Assembly: GCA_903916665.1 (NCBI GenBank)
Contig: CAIWXP010000135.1
Location: 1 to 8,031, forward strand
Reading direction: 5' to 3'
Origin: Candidatus Iainarchaeum sp.
GTDB taxonomy: Archaea; Iainarchaeota; Iainarchaeia; Iainarchaeales; 0-14-0-20-30-16
Length of the DNA: 8,031 nt
Below are positions 5,769 through 8,031 of the stretch, piece after piece. The position numbers and the translations under genes were made by a program. Below the pieces are notes generated by a model. That model had not been told where the DNA came from. It made no database searches and saw only the letters and a list, made by a program, of their open reading frames with translations. Numbering within the stretch: the stretch's first letter is position 1; each line of letters opens with the position of its first letter.

Positions 5769-6887
5769 TTATTGTAAAGAAACAAATTCTCCATATTGGA
5801 TTGTGTACATATAAAATGGTTTTATTACATCACCATTGGCATCAAAGCTAAATACTCCTGATGCACCAGAATAATTTTGTGTGTTATATATGCATGTTTT
5901 TACTACTTCAACATCATTTCCATATTTCTCAAAACAATCACTTAATATGTTTAATGCATCATAACCGTTTGCTGATAACATATCTGGTTTTTCATTATAG
6001 GTTTTATAATATTCATCTGTAAATTCTTTTGTTGTACTATTTAAATTCATATTATAGGGAGAAATAAATACTAATCCATCACCTAAATTACCTGCTAGCG
6101 TTAGAAAGTATCCTGATATTGATGATGATGATCCATAGAATGTAAAATTGTAATCCATTTCTTTAGATTCTTTTAATATTTCTGCTGCTGCCTGTCTTAC
6201 TGTTGCAAATATAACAATCTCTGGTTTTAAATTGTTTAATTTTATTAATGTATCTTTAAAATTAATTTCATCCTTATTATGTAATTCTGAGTATACTTCT
6301 CCTTTAAAATCTTTTTTTATCTCATTAATATATGTTTTTCCATAATCTGTATTTATTGCCAATATGGCTATTTTCTTTATGTTTTTATCATTTAAATATT
6401 TTGCAAATTCTTTTGTTTCTAAACTTGCACTTGTTTGTGTTCTAAAAATATAATCTCCTGATTGTGAAATATTACTTGCTTGTGATGCTGGTGAAATTAG
6501 AATTATTTTATTTTTCTCAGCAATAGGTGCAATTGCCAATGTTTGAGATGATCCACCATCACCAATGATGAATTTAACATTATCAATATCAATTAGTTTA
6601 TTTATTGCTTTTGTTGATTCTTCAGAGTTATATTTTGAATCTTCATATATCAATTTTATTTTGTATTTCTTATTTGTGTCATTATTAATTTTTTGCAAAG
6701 CAATGTCGATTCCTGTTTTTGCATATAGTCCACCATCAGACCCGTTGCCAGTTAGCGGTAAAATTATTCCTATTTTTATTTCATTATTGTTTGTTAATGT
6801 AAATAATGCTGATTCTTTTGGCATAATATAAAGTCCAATACTTAGAGCAACTATTAAAATTATTATAGTAAATATTTTCCAGTTCAT
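5769..6887 (-). CDS. Type-1 periplasmic/extracellular solute-binding protein, Leu/Ile/Val-binding (LivK-like) family, N-terminally membrane anchored
   Basis: IKIGIILPLTGNGSDGG, KLIYEDSKYNSEES..AINKLI, VKFIIGDGGSSQTLAIAPIAEKNKIILISP, YIFRT, IKKIAILAINTDYGKTY and SGASGVFSFDANGD follow the Peripla_BP_6/LivK pattern. Hydrophobic N-terminus MNWKIFTIIILIVALSIGLYI without a lipobox Cys. Start moved from TTG 6950 to ATG 6887, which has GGTGAT (complement of 6892-6897) 4 nt upstream. Confidence 0.88.
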   Translation of the reverse strand: MNWKIFTIIILIVALSIGLYIMPKESALFTLTNNNEIKIGIILPLTGNGSDGGLYAKTGIDIALQKINNDTNKKYKIKLIYEDSKYNSEESTKAINKLIDIDNVKFIIGDGGSSQTLAIAPIAEKNKIILISPASQASNISQSGDYIFRTQTSASLETKEFAKYLNDKNIKKIAILAINTDYGKTYINEIKKDFKGEVYSELHNKDEINFKDTLIKLNNLKPEIVIFATVRQAAAEILKESKEMDYNFTFYGSSSSISGYFLTLAGNLGDGLVFISPYNMNLNSTTKEFTDEYYKTYNEKPDMLSANGYDALNILSDCFEKYGNDVEVVKTCIYNTQNYSGASGVFSFDANGDVIKPFYMYTIQYGEFVSLQ

Positions 6888-6919
6888 TTTTATCACCAAA
6901 CTAATTTTGCTTACGGAAG

Positions 6920-6926
6920 TATAAAA
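6920..6926 (-). promoter_or_regulatory. TATA-box-like element (TTTTATA on the minus strand) for the binding-protein gene
   Basis: Lies about 25 nt upstream of the SD box at 6892-6897, which would give a short leadered transcript. Confidence 0.35.
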
Positions 6927-6931
6927 CACTT

Positions 6932-6952
6932 TGTTGTCTATGAATAACAACA
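6932..6952. promoter_or_regulatory. Inverted repeat TGTTGT-N9-ACAACA, candidate shared operator
   Basis: 6-bp perfect arms at 6932-6937 and 6947-6952. It sits midway between the two TATA-like boxes of the divergent binding-protein and trmB genes. Confidence 0.3.
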
Positions 6953-6955
6953 GCT

Positions 6956-6963
6956 ATTTAAAT
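6956..6963 (+). promoter_or_regulatory. TATA-box-like palindrome ATTTAAAT for the TrmB-family gene (leaderless transcript predicted)
   Basis: Centred about 25 nt upstream of ATG 6984. No SD box before that ATG. Confidence 0.4.
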
Positions 6964-6983
6964 CTTTTTGTTAAACTATTATT

Positions 6984-7727
6984 ATGGACTTAATAAATGC
7001 ATTAAATAAATTAGGATTATCAGATAGGGAATCTAAGGTATATTTGTCTTTGTTGGAGTGGGGAGAAAGTTTAGCATCAGATGTTGCTAGAAAGTCAGAG
7101 TTAAATAGAACAACCACCTATGATATTTTAAGTAATCTTTTAGAAAAAGGATTAGTAACATATATTATAAAAAATAACACACGATTTTATAGACCTACTG
7201 AGCCCGAGAAAATATTACAATTATTGCAGGAAAAGGAAAAAACCTATGAAAGTATATTGCCCCAATTATTACATTTATACAGGCCAAGAACAAAAAATTG
7301 TATAGTAGAAGTATTTCAAGGTAAAGAAGGAATAAAAACAATATTTAATGATATTTTAATAACTGGCAAACCGTGGGCAGGGTATAATACTCCTGGTACT
7401 GGCCATAAAATAATGGATGAAACCTGGACTGAATTATTTCATAGGAAAAGACAAAATAAAAAAATAGAATTAAGAGTTATTTATGTTAAAACAAAAGATG
7501 CACACATTAGAGCAAATGAAATGAGCAAAATGAAATATACTAAAATTAAATTTATGAAGGAAAAATATGATAGCCCTGCATCAAATTGGATCTATGGTGA
7601 TAGAGTGGCATTAATATTTTGGTTAAGAGAAGTACCATTTGCAATAAGAATTATAGATAAAGAATTAGCAGACAGTTATAGAAATCATTTTAATGTAATT
7701 TGGAAGTATGCAATAGAATTAAAGTGA
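6984..7727 (+). CDS. TrmB-family transcriptional regulator (winged HTH + C-terminal effector-type domain)
   Basis: The N-terminus LNKLGLSDRESKVYLSLLEWGESLASDVARKSELNRTTTYDILSNLLEKGLVTYI...RFYRPTEP matches the TrmB wHTH pattern. Its 247-aa length is typical of COG1378-type regulators. Confidence 0.8.
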   Translation: MDLINALNKLGLSDRESKVYLSLLEWGESLASDVARKSELNRTTTYDILSNLLEKGLVTYIIKNNTRFYRPTEPEKILQLLQEKEKTYESILPQLLHLYRPRTKNCIVEVFQGKEGIKTIFNDILITGKPWAGYNTPGTGHKIMDETWTELFHRKRQNKKIELRVIYVKTKDAHIRANEMSKMKYTKIKFMKEKYDSPASNWIYGDRVALIFWLREVPFAIRIIDKELADSYRNHFNVIWKYAIELK

Positions 7728-7732
7728 TATTT

Positions 7733-8031
7733 ATGTTGCAAGATTTATTAAAAGATTTTAAGAAGTTAGCAAATCTTGAGAAAGCTAAACTTTTACAAGG
7801 ATTCTTCAAAACAGGTAAAGGAGAATATGGTGAAGGAGATATATTCTTAGGGATTGTTGTTCCTCAACAAAGAAAGTTAGCTAAAGAATATCCTGATTTA
7901 CCATTAAATGAATTGCAAGAATTATTAAATAGTAAAATTCATGAACATAGATTAACAGCATTATTTATCTTAATTGCACAGTATAAAAAAGCCAGTGCAA
8001 GTTTGAAATCTAAAGAATTAAAACTTTCACA
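7733..8031 (+). CDS. DNA alkylation repair protein (AlkD/AlkC-like HEAT-repeat family), 5' fragment truncated by the window end
   Basis: Hand translation from ATG 7733 gives MLQDLLKDFKKLANLEKAKLLQGFFKTGKGEYGEGDIFLGIVVPQQRKLAKEYPDLPLNELQELLNSKIHEHRLTALFIL..., with no stop to 8031. FFKTGKGEYGEGDxFLGI..P..R is the hallmark N-terminus of this family. GTGAT box at 7724-7728 sits 4 nt before the ATG and overlaps the trmB stop. Absent from the ORF track because it has no stop in the window. Confidence 0.78.
   Translation, partial: MLQDLLKDFKKLANLEKAKLLQGFFKTGKGEYGEGDIFLGIVVPQQRKLAKEYPDLPLNELQELLNSKIHEHRLTALFILIAQYKKASASLKSKELKLS

Noticed and set aside
6121-6132. (GAT)4 trinucleotide repeat
   Set aside because: It encodes an in-frame Ser run (GSSSSISG) on the minus strand inside the binding protein. 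It is too short to argue for phase variation, and slippage by one repeat unit would stay in frame.
6565-6831. 88-aa plus-strand ORF from the six-frame track
   Set aside because: It lies entirely antisense within the well-supported LivK-like CDS. Its translation is low-complexity and hydrophobic (SISISLFIAFV...), it has no SD or TATA context, and it is a typical shadow ORF on the opposite strand of a real gene.
1-8031. Alternative genetic code (for example UGA recoding), CRISPR arrays, tRNA/rRNA genes, or IS/integrase elements
   Set aside because: All family-assignable ORFs reach expected lengths under the standard code, with TAA, TAG and TGA all used as stops. Intergenic gaps are at most 100 nt, leaving no room for RNA genes. 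No spaced repeat arrays or transposase- or integrase-like translations were seen.

Overview
This is a strongly AT-rich, tightly packed 8-kb window. It reads like chromosomal DNA of a small-genome archaeon (DPANN-like is my inference) and not like a mobile island. Plus strand: an NT5C-like HAD phosphatase (48-659), an archaeal-type glutamyl-tRNA synthetase (678-2306), a tryptophanase/tyrosine-phenol-lyase family PLP enzyme (2407-3870) and a translationally coupled 103-aa unknown protein (3870-4181). The lyase is preceded by a 24-codon upstream ORF that arises from a perfect 14-bp duplication of the lyase's own ribosome-binding site plus start codon. Minus strand: a LivK-type solute-binding protein (5769-6887), a 349-aa protein of no family I recognise (4686-5735), and 11 nt downstream of it a 173-aa six-helix membrane protein (4153-4674). 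The membrane gene's 3' end overlaps the 103-aa ORF by 29 bp. A TrmB-family regulator (6984-7727) lies divergent from the binding-protein gene, followed by the 5' part of an AlkD/AlkC-like DNA alkylation repair gene (7733-8031, runs off the window). I saw no tRNA/rRNA, CRISPR array, transposase or integrase. Three ORF-track starts (GTG 669, TTG 2404, TTG 6950) look like artefacts: in each case a downstream ATG sits 3-4 nt after a (G)GTGAT Shine-Dalgarno box. The items most worth a second look are the duplicated initiation region and uORF before the lyase, the unknown 103-aa partner, the orphan orf349 + 6-TM pair, and the symmetric divergent promoter between the binding protein and TrmB. Nothing here is demonstrably a new system from sequence alone, and all functional proposals for the unknown ORFs are hypotheses.
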